DNA of 64,000 bases, taken from the NCBI GenBank assembly GCA_951406725.2, contig OX597830.1:26164001-26228000 (forward strand), written 5' to 3'. The notes under the pieces were generated by a model. That model did no database searches. It saw nothing but the letters and a program-made list of their open reading frames with translations, and was not told the origin of the DNA. Made by a program: the position numbers and the translations under genes. This document shows, piece by piece, positions 14,111 to 28,602 of the stretch; positions within the stretch are counted from its first letter, which is position 1; each line of letters begins with the position of its first letter. Source of the DNA: Octopus vulgaris. Taxonomy: Eukaryota.

Positions 14111-14634
14111 ACACACAAAATTGCTACTAGTCTGATTCTGCTTTTCACCGTGTTCATCATGGAGAAAATATCTCGATGTTAACAAGAGGGGTGTAAATAG
14201 AAAATCATGTCACAGCGTCACCTCACCAAACTGTCTGGCGCATAGCAATGCATTGGATTTCGGAGTAATTATTTCTTCTTCAGTGACAGAAACCAGACAA
14301 GTCAGCTCTGTGAGCTAACACCAGGGATTATATTTACGGATTATATTTGCAGTGAGCCACCGATTAACATTACCTGTCATTGAATGGTAACAGGAATATA
14401 AAATTCCTTCGTAGCGCCGCCCTGTCTGGAGAAGAGATAACAATACCGAAATGCAACCTGACCAGGGCACGCTGCGAGCTGACTCGGTAAATTTACACCC
14501 AGTTGTAAATAACAAAAACAATTATCTATGGCAATGGCAAAACGCAATGAAATCTTTGCTTACGGATTAGAATATATTTCAAGCAGATTTGAACTGGTAG
14601 CAAGTTTACACGATACTGCTTAGATTTGCAACCT

Positions 14635-14733
<99 letters not shown>

Positions 14734-15559
14734 TGTGCAAGTGTGTATGTAGCTGTGGGGTGGGAATGTTTGTACGTTATCGCTATCGAATGAAACAATG
14801 GAATTACTTCTAGTAACTTATACAGTGTCACAGAGATAGAGAGGGACAGGTAGAGAGACAGAGAGTGAGAAAGATACGGAGAGAGAAAGAGAGAGAGGGG
14901 GATCAACCTCTCGCTGAACCTCTCGCTTCCACCGAAACATGCCTCGTTTTCAGGTTATTACGAAAGAATAGTTTTGTATATGATCATAATGTACCAAACC
15001 AGATCAGCAAATTATTATTAGATAAGGCTAAATATTATCTTATATAACATATCGCATATATTTTTGTTGTTTAGATCACGGGATATATTTATTTATGTAT
15101 TTTTCAGATATCGCGTAATCCGAACTATTCTATGCAACGCGACCTTTCTAAAACCGCAATGTGTAATTTTAAGACAATCTAGCGATTTCAAGCATGAAAG
15201 GCCAGTGCATCAAGCCTCCCTTAGTGTGGTGGACCTCCGTCGTTCTCCTATGAGGATTCAGTTGCTTGATCAACTGAGTTACCTGCTCTTGTTTTAACAC
15301 ACAAATGGTCAAATATTCTAAAGTCACCGAATCAGCGGGACGCAGCGTGTGTGACAATGTTGTGCTGTTCGAGTTACGAATTCAATGCATCCGACAGGCT
15401 TCAGTACACTTTCCGTCAACCTAGAACCACTCAAAATATATAGGACAAGTCAAGGCTTTAGAAAATTAAATTTGACAAAATTTTGCGCTGTGGAATCGCA
15501 AACCGAGACCTCATGTGTGGACACCGCTTCGCTTCGTGTCTTCGTGTTCTTGTTTGATG

Positions 15560-15870
15560 AGATTGGGGTCATTCCAGGTTAGTGGTCCCAGAGACGTCAT
15601 CATGCGCAGGGTCGACCAGATCTGCCAGTGCTCTGATGATGAGACTTTCATCTTGTCGACGAGCCTACATACCGTGGGTCACTTTTAGTCTGGAACCTTC
15701 CCGGGAGACCAACCAGCCTAGGGTGTCCCTACCAGCAGCATAGCTCTAGACGGAAACGCTCTCTTTGTTCTATGGAACACTCAAGTACCCTCGCCACGAA
15801 CAAGCACAGGCAGGTATTAAGAAGAATAACAGCACACATAGACTCACGTGCACAGTGTCTGTCTACCTCT
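15560..15870 (-). mobile_element. Possible degenerate L1/Tx1 endonuclease fragment
   Basis: GC-richer stretch with DESLI..LADLVD and LTW remnants; weak. Confidence 0.3.
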
Positions 15871-15875
15871 CTCTT

Positions 15876-15906
<31 letters not shown>

Positions 15907-16593
15907 GCTTGTACAGTCAACTTCTTAAACAAACACCCAAACTGAACCTACTGCTCGATGCAGTCCACGTGAAATAGCTATGAATAATTCTCTCAGCTAT
16001 AGGCCCAAGTACTGAAAGTTTGCAGGGGAAGTGCAGTCGATTGCATTAATCGCCAGCGCTCTGTCAGAATCTGTTTTATCGACTCTCAAAAACATGAAAG
16101 GCAAAGATGTACTCGGCGTGATTTGAACTCAGAACGTAAATCGAAAGAAATGTCGCTAAATATTTTGTCCGGTTCCTAACGATTCTGCCAGCTTGCCGCC
16201 GGAAATAATGCTGAAGTGCATAAGGCTGACAATTTGAACATAAGGCAGTGGCTTGGTGGTCAGGGTATTCAGCTTACGATTGTGAGGTTGTGAGTTCGAT
16301 TCCTGACGAGGCAAAAAACTTTATTTCACATTGCTCCAGACCACTCTACTCCCCAAAAGAATTAATAACTCCAATTGAAAGAGTTAGCCTTGTCCCATTC
16401 TGTGTCGCGCTGAATCTCCCCAAGAACTACGTTAGGGACACACGTGTCTGTGGAGTACTCAGCCACTCCACATTAATTTCACGCGCAGGCTGTTCAATTG
16501 ATCCGATCAACTGGAATGTTCATTGACGTAACCGACAAAGTGCCAGAACGTCAGATAGTATGCATGTAGTATTTATTCTGGCAGCATACATTC

Positions 16594-16780
16594 TACGACG
16601 GGGTGCTGAAAAGTTCCTGGTTTTAAGGGTATCGCGAAAGCCTGGTTGAAGGCCCAACCTTCCGAATTCTTTTACAGGGCTTAGAAAAACTGAAGGACCA
16701 TGTTGAATAAAATCATAATTAACTGATCCTCTTATGTTTTCTTTCACCCAAAGCCAAGAACTTTTCAGGGCTCAACTCAA
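16594..16780. mobile_element. Mariner-like MITE
   Basis: TA-cgacggggtgctgaaaagttcctgg / ccaagaacttttcag; related copy at 63428-63640. Confidence 0.65.
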
Positions 16781-17716
16781 CATAATCTTTGTCTTTCATC
16801 GTATCAGAGTCGATTAAATCAAGCAACCATGTAGTACTGGTATAAATGGAATCGACTGGTAAACCCGCAACAAAATTATTGGCCTGATACCTGAATTAAA
16901 CAACATTATATTCTGCATAGACACGCATCTTTCTAGTATTTCTTTTTTTTTTTTTTTTTAGCAATACCACTGACGGGCTATTAAAGCCAACATTATATAC
17001 ATTAGAAATAACTGCTAAATCTTCATCAAAGCGCAACCAGCTTTTCCTATATTAGCGTTTATCAGCAGGCTCAAACCAACGCGGCGCACTGTCTGGCATT
17101 AGCAGGATTATTATCGTTAGCCGAGATCCCGAAATTTGTGTTTCCCGCCACAAGGAGGCTATCAAAAATATCAGGTATTTGATTTTGAATTTAAAATACT
17201 AAGACTTGGAACCGATATCGCAATGTATTTCTATCGAAGCTCTAAGTCTGTCCTGGATCAGTATTTTATTTAATCGACCCCGAATGGATAGGAGTGAACT
17301 TGACATCATCGGAATTCGAACTCAGGACGTTAAAGAATAGGGCCGTTACCACAAAGCATTTTGTCCAACACTATCAATTCTACCAATTATCGTCTAGGGC
17401 TAATAGCTTTCTTTTTCATCGATCCGGAAGGGATAAAATACGAAGCTGCGCTCTGCAGGATTCGAACTCGGATCAGAGTACAGTGGGACAGAACCGATAT
17501 CTTTTATCTTTTTACTGTTGGGGAACAACCTTGAAGAAATTCTGGTCGACTGGATCGATCCCAGTACTTGCTTCTTTTTTTTTTCTTTTTGCTTTTGCTT
17601 TTAAACCTCGTACATATTCTATCGGTTCCTTTTTCAGAACCGCTAGGTTACATTGACGTGAACACACCAACACAAATTGTCAAGCGGTGATGGGGTCAAA
17701 CACAGACACAAAGGCC

Positions 17717-17751
<35 letters not shown>

Positions 17752-17773
17752 TACACATATATACATAATACAT

Positions 17774-17863
<90 letters not shown>

Positions 17864-18402
17864 AGGACAGGTGTCTTTCACTTTCCATCTACCAACCCCA
17901 CCAACAAAGCTTTGGTCGGCCCAAGTCTATGGTTAAGGACAATTGCCCAAGGTGCTACGCAGTAGGACTGAACCCGGAACCATGTGGTTGGGAAGCCAGC
18001 TTCTTACTAAAGAGTCAAGCATAATCAGTTCCGTCAGAAAACTGCCCCGGAGAAATACTGCGATGATCAATCTCCAAAAGACAAAGAGTAAAGCCGACGT
18101 CGGCGGGATTCGAACACAAAGTGCAAAGGCGTGGAACCGACATCACGAGGAAACTCGAACGATACTCTAACAAGTTCGTTAATCCATTGACCTGGACAAG
18201 TATTCTTTTTCATCGACCCTCGAAAGGATAAAAGTCAGACTTGACCTCGGCGGGTTTTGAACTCAGACCACAGAAACCAAAATCACCAATCGTTTTATCC
18301 GACGCTCGAATTTCATTTTACATCGAGCGGTCATCTTTGAATAACAAAAGAAAACGTTGGATACTGTCTTAGAACGGTACACACACACAGAGAGTCACGC
18401 AC

Positions 18403-18403
<1 letters not shown>

Positions 18404-18466
<63 letters not shown>

Positions 18467-18607
18467 GTATATATGTATATATATATATGTATGTATGTAT
18501 GTATGTGTATATATGTATATATATATATGTATGTATATATATATGTATGTGTATATATATGTATGTGTATATATATATATGTATATATATATGTATGTGT
18601 ATATATG

Positions 18608-18638
<31 letters not shown>

Positions 18639-18649
18639 ATATATATACA

Positions 18650-18734
<85 letters not shown>

Positions 18735-18737
18735 ATC

Positions 18738-18824
<87 letters not shown>
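18404..18824. repeat. (AT)n/(ATGT)n microsatellite
   Basis: Direct reading. Confidence 0.95.
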
Positions 18825-18829
<5 letters not shown>

Positions 18830-18886
18830 GCGGTGCCCCAGCATGGCCACAGCTCGTGAGCTGAAACTAGAATCAATCAATCAATC

Positions 18887-18918
<32 letters not shown>

Positions 18919-18984
18919 CCATAGATGAGCAGCAGTTTGCAACGTTTAACCCGAAAAAATAATTGTCACTAAATGTAGTTAGGA

Positions 18985-19237
18985 TGTTAGGAAACGCCTA
19001 CATTGCTAGAAATAAGAGCTAAACCACTCTAATGTTGTAGTTAAGGCACATGAATGAAACCATTTGTACTAACAGGGAACTTAATCGTCCGAAAAGGGCC
19101 GATCGGGTATGAATCTTAATCGACACTTTTCGCAGGTTTACGGTCCCTGTTTGTGCATATGTTTTCATTTATGTACGTGAATTACAGCATTAGATCTGTT
19201 TAGCTCCTATTTCTAGCAAGGTAGGTATTTTCTAACA
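18985..19237. repeat. Diverged foldback related to the 53720/54560 Penelope repeat
   Basis: cctacattgctagaaataagagctaaa / tttagctcctatttctagcaaggtagg. Confidence 0.65.
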
Positions 19238-19380
19238 CACTAGTCACATTTCACACACACACACACACACACACATATATGTATATATATATATATGTAT
19301 GTATGTATGTATGTATTTGTGTGTCTGTTCGTGCTTATGTGTGCTTGTATATATATATATATTTATATACACACACACAT

Positions 19381-19463
<83 letters not shown>

Positions 19464-19572
19464 GTGTGATATACATATATATATAAATCATAAATGTGTA
19501 TATATATATATATATATATACATGTTTGCATGTATAAATAATATATTTTTTATTTATATATATATATATGAG

Positions 19573-19619
<47 letters not shown>

Positions 19620-19625
19620 AATGTA

Positions 19626-19661
<36 letters not shown>

Positions 19662-19798
19662 TGTATGTATGTATGTATGTGTGTATGTATGTGTATATCT
19701 GTGCCTTTGTGTCTGTGTTTGTATCCCGTCACCGCCTGACAATCGGTGATGTGTTTACGTCCCCGTAAGTTAGTGATTCGGTCAGCCGATAAATCGAT

Positions 19799-19850
<52 letters not shown>

Positions 19851-20034
19851 TATATATATCGGCCTTGTAATAATACGCAAAGAAATATAAGTAATGGGCA
19901 TTATTTGTTCGACTAAAACCCTAAAACTCAAAAAAGGTCAATAAACAATGTAGACCGAAACAAATTACAAACTGACCGCCTGACTACAAAAAAAAAAAAA
20001 AAAAAAAAAATAATAAACAGGGTATTACACTTAC

Positions 20035-20062
20035 CGTTCCTACTATCGTTTAACATTGCCAT
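20035..20062 (-). CDS. Gene B (BCAP/PIK3AP1-BANK1-Dof-like paralog), coding exon 1: MAMLNDSRN
   Basis: gacgaaATGG start, 28 nt, G/GTAAGT donor; phase 1 matches the acceptor at 10136; same layout as gene A exon 1. Confidence 0.72.
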
Positions 20063-20260
20063 TTCGTCGTTGTATCCCTAAATCACTTTGGAACATATAA
20101 GTGTTTCGTTTGTGAAATTATTTATTTCACAGAGTAAATATATTCTGAGTCTGTAGCAGTCTGTATAAAATAGTCAATGTTATTCAACATAGTACCTCTC
20201 AGGATAATATTTAGCTTGTATTTCTCGCCTTTTAATATTTACCTGCCTTGATCTACGACG

Positions 20261-20323
20261 ATTGGATAAAGCGTGTTACGTCACTTCCTTTTTTCTTCAA
20301 AGAGAAAAAAATTGGGTTTTTCC
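20261..20323 (-). promoter_or_regulatory. Candidate gene B promoter motif cluster (CCAAT x2, TGACGTAA, GGAAGT, kB-like GGGTTTTTCC)
   Basis: Motifs read directly about 200-260 nt upstream of the ATG; function is inferred only. Confidence 0.3.
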
Positions 20324-20643
20324 TTGTATATATCGTTCATACACAAGTACGTACACGCACACCCACACACTTGCACAAGCACAAATAAATGGCACTTTTA
20401 CATATACATACACGTCGGTATTTCCCTCTGTAACAACAAATTTATCCAAAACTTATCTTTTCTTGCACCATAGAAATATAACTATAGGTTAGATAAAATA
20501 ACTAAATATTATATAACATAGTGCTATATAGATTTGGGGAAAAACTCATGGACCTGCTGAAGCAGAACCAACACGGGTATTAGAAAGAATAACACCATAC
20601 ATACATTCACACACACAGAAGTGCACATCCACATGTGTGTCAG

Positions 20644-20686
<43 letters not shown>

Positions 20687-20740
20687 CTCACCCCTTCTCT
20701 CTCCCTCTCTCTCTCCCTCCCTCTCTGTCTGTCTGTCCGC

Positions 20741-20769
<29 letters not shown>

Positions 20770-20773
<4 letters not shown>

Positions 20774-21815
20774 ATCTCGGCCACACTGACATCATCATAA
20801 AACCGGCCGACCAGGGTGGAGCCTTGGTGGTTTGGCGCGCAGACCTCTACAAATCCGAAGCTCTCCGACAACTTCAAGACACTTCCTTCTACTGCCCTCT
20901 GTCCTCTGACCCCGCGCCCAGCTACCAACAGACTGTGTCCTCCACTATCCATGACCTCGTCTACTCCTCCCGTCTCCCTCCACCGCCTTCAGCTTCATTG
21001 TACACACCACGCACACCCACCATTTACTTCATCCCCCAAATCTGTAAACCTAACAACCCTGACTGCCCCATCGTTTCCGCCTTCAACCGCCCCACCGAAC
21101 TCACCTCCAGATATCTTGACCGTGTCCTTGCCCCCATAGTGGCTTCCCTCCTCTCTTACACCCACACTCATTCGTCTGGCCGAACTTGTCGTCTCACTCA
21201 ATTATACTTCTCGTTCGTGGGTGATTTCTACCAGCTGACTCAGGAGTGTCCATGGGAACGAGAATAACCGCCCCCCCCCCCAACTATGCGAACCTATTCG
21301 TTGGCTACGTTGAGGCCCAAATATTCTCAGGTTTTACTGGTCCCACTCCCGAACTATACGGCCGTTATATTGACGACTGTATCGATGCGACCTCACTCTC
21401 CCGCGAACGTCTAGACTCCTTCCTCTCTTTTGTCAAATCTTTCCATCCTGTCCTCCACCTCTCCTGCACTATCTCAGATACTTCTGTCCCCTTTCTTGAC
21501 ATTTCGGTCTGCATCATTACTCCACTCTCACCGCCATCCACTACAAACACACAGACTCACACTCATACCTCAACTAATTTCCCTCCCACCCTAAACACAC
21601 CAAGCTTTCCACCCCCAATTCCCAATTCCTCCGTCTACGCAGGCTCTGTAGTGACGACCATGACTTTGAGGCTCAGTCTCAACTCATGGCTCGCCACTAC
21701 ATCCTACGTGGATATCCCCTCACTGCCCTTGCCGGAGCAAGTTCCGTGGCCATCCGGACACCCGTTTGCGCCGCCGTGAACAGGGATTAATCTTCTCTCT
21801 TCGCCCCTTTGCGCT
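20770..21815 (+). mobile_element. Penelope-like element reverse transcriptase, degenerate
   Basis: IIIKPADQGGALVVW, IYFIPQICKP..PIVS, SMGT..PNYANLF, RYIDD, PFLDI, SQFLRLRRLCS, RGYP. Confidence 0.9.
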
Positions 21816-21817
21816 AT

Positions 21818-21867
<50 letters not shown>

Positions 21868-22506
21868 AATGTAGTGGAACGTGTAGCACCCAACTTTGGG
21901 ATTAACTGCTACACCAACCATCTCGTCCTTTCCATCAAGAATAAGGACTAAATACTAATATTAGCTTACAAATTTCCAATGTCGTGCTAATCGCTTCAGT
22001 GATCTACAGCGTGTACATGTGGAAGTGTTAGAAAAACAACAACAAAAGAAAAAAACCGAAAACAAGATTATATTTGATACACCATTACTGGTGTGTTATT
22101 TATAGACATGTAATTTGCCATACGGAGTTATTTCCCTTAGATTATTTCGTTTAATATATGTACGTATATTTAATTGTAAAGTAATGAGTATAACTACGGG
22201 CATACATACATACATGCATGCATACATACATACATACATACATACATACATACATACATACATACATACATACATACATACATACATACATACATACATA
22301 CAAATAAATATCCAGTCATGCAGAGAGAAAACACGTTGAAAGACAAGATCGGTTATCTTTGTTTGGGACAGATAAAAAAAATGTACAAAGGTTTTCAGAA
22401 CAGTAAGGCAGCCAACCAACATAAAGAATGTGTCATAAGAAGAGTGAAGTTTATGTAGCGTCGCTTTGTTATGTAGTTTATGTAGCGTCGCTTACATTCC
22501 TTGAGG

Positions 22507-23203
22507 AATGTATGTATGTATGTATGTATGTATGTATGTATGTATGTATGTATGTATGTATGTATGTATGTATGTATGTATGTATGTATGCATGCATGTA
22601 TGTATATATGCATGTATGTATGCATGTATGTATGCATGTATGTATGTATGTATGTATGTATGTATGTATGCATGCATGTATGTATATATGCATGTATGTA
22701 TGCATGTATGTATGCATGTATGTATGTATGTATGTATGTATGTATGCATGCATGTATGTATGTGTGTGTAGGTATTTATGTATGCATGTATGTATGTGTG
22801 TATATGTGTATGTATTTATGTGTGTGTATGCATGTATGTATGTGTGTGTATGTATGTATGTATGTATGTATGTATGCATGCATGTATGTATGTGTGTGTA
22901 GGTATTTATGTATGCATGTATGTGTGTGTGTATATGTGTATGTATTTATGTGTGTGTATATATGTATGTATGTGTGTGTATGTATGTATGTATGTATGTA
23001 ATGTATGTATGCATGTATGTATGTATGCATGCACGTATGTATGCATGTATGTATGTATGTATGTATGTATGTATTTATGTATGTATGTATGTATGCATGC
23101 ATGTATGTATGCATGTATGTATGTATGTATTTATGTATGTATGTATGCATGCATGTATGTATGTAAGTATGCATGCATGCATGTATGCATGTATGTATGT
23201 ATG

Positions 23204-23234
<31 letters not shown>

Positions 23235-23331
23235 GCATGCATGTATGTATGCATGTATGTATGTATGTATTTATGTATGTATGTATGCATGCATGTATGT
23301 ATGTAAGTATGCATGCATGCATGTATGCATG

Positions 23332-23362
<31 letters not shown>

Positions 23363-23423
23363 GCATGTATGTATGTATGCATGTATGTATGTATGTATGT
23401 ATGTATGTTTGTATGTCTGTATG

Positions 23424-23457
<34 letters not shown>

Positions 23458-24170
23458 TGTATGTATGTATGTATGTATGTATGTATGTATATATGTATGT
23501 ATATATGTATGCAGGTACATATGAATGTCACATTAAACTGCATTCTCCGCTGACATATTGTTGCCGCAATGTTGCTTGTGTTTTTATCTTATCTGTCCCA
23601 AATAAAGATATCATGTCTCGTCTCTCTATCTGCCTGTCTGTCTGTATGTACGTCTGTATGTCTATCCGTCTGTATGTATGAATGTGTATGTATGTATATG
23701 TGTGCATGTATGTACGTATGTATGTACGTATGTATGTATTATGTATGTATGTATGTATGTATGTATGTATGTATGTATGTATGTATGTATGTATGTATGT
23801 ATGTGGGTGTATGTATGGATTTATGTATATGTATGTATGCATGTATGTGTGTATCTATGTATGTATATATATATGTATGTATGTACATATGTACGTATGT
23901 GTGTGTATACGTTAGTATGTATGTAGTATGTATCTATGAATGCATGCGTGCATTATGTAAGTATGTATGTATGAATGTATGTATGTATGTATGTATGTAT
24001 GTATTTATGTATGTATGTATGTATGGCTGGATGTATGTGTGTATGTATATATGTATGTGAGTGTATGCATGTATGTATGTGCGTATGTATATATGTATGT
24101 ATGTATGTGTGCGTGAACGTATGCATGTTTGTGTGTATGTATGTATGTATATATATATATATATATATAT
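22507..24170. repeat. Long degenerate (TATG)n array
   Basis: Direct reading; local higher-order duplications. Confidence 0.95.
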
Positions 24171-24223
24171 AAGAAATACTAAATTTCTAAATCTCTCGTA
24201 CAGACATGTACGGTGGTGGGGCG

Positions 24224-24496
24224 ATAGAATGGTTGTATACTGTCAATCTAACACGAACGTGACAGTAGGGGGTACACCACCGCTGTATAGCCCTAGGAAG
24301 CATCGACGCCTCCTGATGGCTTTGACACATTATTCCCTGTGTCCTTATATACATAAAAAAATATGTGTCCTTAAGGACACAGGGAAAAATGTGTCAAAGC
24401 CATCAGGAGGCGTCGATGATTCCTAGGGCTATACAGCGGTGGTGTACCCGCCTACTGTCACGTTCGTGTTAGATTGACAGTATACAACCATTCTAT
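24224..24496. repeat. Near-perfect inverted repeat (about 124-bp arms)
   Basis: 24224-24347 versus 24372-24496, about 3 mismatches. Confidence 0.9.
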
Positions 24497-24569
24497 ATAT
24501 ATATATATATATGCATGTATATTCATCTCTATTTCTAATGAGTTTAAAGTCTTCCTGTAAATAAAGAAT

Positions 24570-25320
24570 GCAGATAGCAAAGCAATGTCACATATCGAAC
24601 TTCACTCTTCCGCTGGCAGATTGTCGCCGTAATGTTCCAAGGTGCAACCAATAATGTCGACTGTCATGTTTCTCTGTAAGATATCACCCATGTGAGTAGC
24701 AGCTGCTCGAAATGTTATCAGGGTACCATCTCCCTATGCAACATGACGTTGTTGCTAAAACAATATGCAATACCATTCGGAAAAAAAAAACACCGTCCCA
24801 GATTAAATGTAGAGAATCGTCCTGTCATTGAATACGTGGTCAATTACCAGCACAAAGAATACTGGTGGAACATTCCCATCGAAACTTCAGTCAAGTGTAA
24901 ATATAACAGGCCGAATATTATTGTTGGGACAGATAAAATAAAGTATGTACCATCATAGAGGCCAGCTACCCTGCTGATGCGAATATCTCTGAAAATCGAA
25001 GAGAAGGAGGATAACTCAAGATAGCTGCTTCGAAATCTCCAGCTTCTATAGCCGGGTTACAAATTTACATTTGTAGCGTCAATAGTAGGAGCACTTGGTA
25101 TTGTAAGTGCCTAACTGTAGGTCTGAATAAGCTTGGATTTTCAGAAAAAGAAATCAACCAACTAATTCGCACATTACAAATGCAATCTGTAAGTGGAACT
25201 ATAAAACTATGCAAAAATTTTCTCAGGCTTAAAATGTGACGTTGTTTTCGTTAAATACATTCCAAAGGTGGAGATTTGTATATTTGTTAGAAACCAGCTA
25301 CTTCAGAGGAAGGATTTAAA
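24570..25320 (+). mobile_element. Degenerate RLE retrotransposon 3' end followed by (CATA)n
   Basis: EYWWNIPIETSVKCKYNRPNII and IVGALG-like motifs with stops and frameshifts. Confidence 0.7.
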
Positions 25321-25338
25321 TGATTAGATACAGCAGTG

Positions 25339-25465
25339 ACATACATACATACATACATACATACATACATACATACATACATACATACATACATACATAC
25401 ATACGTACATATATACATACAAACATACATACATACATACATACATACATACATACATACATACA

Positions 25466-25499
<34 letters not shown>

Positions 25500-25513
25500 C
25501 ATACATACATACA

Positions 25514-25547
<34 letters not shown>

Positions 25548-25728
25548 CATACATACATACATACATACATACATGCATGCATACATACATACATACATAC
25601 ATACATACATACATAATACATACTTACATACATACATACATACATAGAAACATACATACATACATACATACATACATACATACATACATACATACATACA
25701 TACATACATACATACATACATACATACA

Positions 25729-25762
<34 letters not shown>

Positions 25763-25805
25763 CATACATACAAACATACATACATACATATATATATACA
25801 TACAT
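25339..25805. repeat. (CATA)n microsatellite
   Basis: Direct reading. Confidence 0.95.
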
Positions 25806-25859
25806 AGTGTCTGATAACCGGCTGACGGAAAGAAGGGAGTGTGGGAGTGTGCCAAACAG

Positions 25860-26960
25860 CTTCTGATAAACAAAGCTGTACTGTCTGAAAAAGTACAAAC
25901 AAAAACGTATCGTATGGTTTCATTATGGGAAGGCATTTGATTCTATTCCCCACGAATGGCTGCTGAAGTGTCTCCATTTAGCAAAAGTGCCTGCTACCTT
26001 AATTTCTGTCATTAAAAGGCTCACAAAAATCTTGACCACAATCCTCACATTTAGAACAGACAGTGGAACGATCGTTTCCAATTCCATAAAGATTTCAAAG
26101 GGAATATTCCAGGGAGATAGCGTCTCTTTACTTCTGTTCATTTTGGCGTTAAACCCATTATATTATCATTCTTGCTATAAAAAACAAATGGCTACATGCT
26201 AAGGTGTGCAACTTCAAGAGATATTAATGTAACCCATAATTTCTTTGTGGATGACCTTAAGATCTATGCTAACAATGTTAGCAATGCCCAAAAAACACAA
26301 CTGGAATTAATAACATTTTCAGCTGACATAGAAATGGAATTTGTCCACAAGAAATGTTCATACTTAAATGTTGAACGGGTAAAATCAGTCTCTCAGACAG
26401 CAAACATGTCTCACTATCTCTCCAGTTCCACACAAGGAATGCTGCAAGTACCTTAGCATGGATGAAAATATATCATACCGAAGTACTGTAAATAAAGACA
26501 GAGTGATCCAAGAATGTTATACCAGCTTAAGGAACATGGAAGTCTGAAGTCTCCTCTTACAACACGACAATGTCTCACAATGCAGTAATGGTGCTGGTCC
26601 CAACATTTGGGATAATTGCTGGTCATTGGAAGAAATCCACTTCATAGGCATTAAAACCTTTAAGATTCTAACATCAATTGGCAATCTCCACAAAAATAGT
26701 GATAACGACCGGCTCTACCTAAGAGGAGATAAAAGAGGTAAGGGGCTTGAGATCAGTGCAGACAACCGTCGAATGTCGCATAGTCTCTCTCAGATATCAC
26801 AACAACAGCAGCATTAACTTAGTGCTGAAAAGGGAAGAAAACTATTTTGTACGTATTGGAGGTGAGCTTCTCGGGAAGTATTCTTTCCTGATGACTTCAA
26901 ATACAACCTCAAATCAGCCATCTTTGAACTTCTCGGCTTTAAGACCTGAAATGTAAGATT
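25860..26960 (+). mobile_element. Degenerate RLE-clade reverse transcriptase fragment
   Basis: AFDSIPHEWL, GIFQGDS, HNFFVDDLKIY, DRLYL motifs across frameshifts. Confidence 0.8.
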
Positions 26961-27148
26961 TTCTCGACCATGATGGTAGAGGCTCATATCGTTCTATGTT
27001 GAATGCATTCATATGGCCGCATTTTGTCAAGGACTAAATCTACCAATATTATCATGGATCACCAAGCCCCCATAAACAGCTGTTGGTCTTATGATACCTT
27101 TCTTCAACCACTTAAATTTTCACTATCATTTGTGCCCTGTATAAGATG

Positions 27149-27188
<40 letters not shown>

Positions 27189-27407
27189 TGAGGGTAGATG
27201 AATGTATGTGCACGCACATGGGTGTGTGGGCGCACATGTGTAGGTATGAACAGGCGCGCTAAAGCGAATACTATGAACTTTTTACCCCTTACTTTACTCC
27301 CTTACTTAGCGGTCATTCGAATAGCTCTTTTGTCTTAATAACGGTTAATCACACAGTAATTTCCCTTTTTATAACGGTCAGTTTTCATAGCATTTTTCCG
27401 ATGGCCA

Positions 27408-27468
27408 GATAAATGAAGAGATGGCAGCGTGAATTTCCACCTCGGCATCCGAAACTCGGAGTTTTATC
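27408..27468 (+). ncRNA. Hammerhead motif with altered C3 (probably inactive)
   Basis: GAUAA-AUGAAGA-GAUG...CAUCC-GAAA-CUCGGAG-UU|UUAUC. Confidence 0.65.
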
Positions 27469-27487
27469 ATGGCTACCAAATAATTGT

Positions 27488-27568
<81 letters not shown>

Positions 27569-27768
27569 GTGTGTGTCCTTGTATGTATGTATGTATGTAT
27601 GTATGTATGTATATATATATATATATATATATGTAGTTCCCGGGTTGATTCGGGGTTAACCACAGTAAGTATACTCAATACATAGCAGAGTAAAATTAAT
27701 TTATTATATAAGGAGCTTCTACAGGACTAGTACTGTCCTGTGAAGCTCCTTCTATATAATAAATTATA

Positions 27769-27804
<36 letters not shown>

Positions 27805-27844
27805 ATTGTGTGTGTCCTTGTATGTATGTATGTATGTATGTATG

Positions 27845-27895
<51 letters not shown>

Positions 27896-28311
27896 ATATA
27901 TGTAGATTCGTACATGCACAAATTAAACGAAAATTACTCAGAATTTAGACAACTAATTGTTGCTGGTAGCATAACGTTGGGGAGAAAACATGAATGCAGT
28001 ATACTGAACAAAATACCAAATAAATTCTTGTTTATTTAAGATTATCTCTGCTTCAAAGTTGTGTTGATCAATCGCCTTGTGAGATAATCTGAAGAATTAA
28101 AAATTCCCAGAAATTGACATTCCATTGAGGAAAAGACAATCTGGCTGTCTAGACACGAGATGGCGTCTGTGGGCATGTTTTTCTGCCTCAAAAGGCGTCG
28201 TCGGTACAGCATTTATCTTACCTTATTTCCGGCAGAGCGGACATTTATCCAATAAATTTAAATTAAATAACTCTGAAGCAAGATTCTGATTTATATGAAA
28301 ATATGTGGTTA

Positions 28312-28328
28312 TTTTATTTTTTTTATTT
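28312..28328 (-). promoter_or_regulatory. Candidate polyadenylation signals (two AATAAA) of gene A
   Basis: tttatt occurs twice on the + strand, downstream of the predicted stop; AT-rich background weakens the call. Confidence 0.3.
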
Positions 28329-28602
28329 TTCTAGCTTTGATTTTTGTTGTAACATTTAACAATTAAACGTATAAATAAATATAAAACGTATATGTAAAGC
28401 GTATATCAAGTGTATATGATGTCCGTATAAATATTTCTTTTTTGTAGAATTCTTTGAATATTAAATCTATCAACATTGCCACATGCATATGGTTATTGCG
28501 TATAGTCTATTTCGATTCTTCTTTGCTTCCTCCTCTCTATGTTTTAGTCTTTTCGTTGCTTTTGCAAGGTAAGCAGGTGTAGTGGAGAAAGTGCTGTAAC
28601 TT

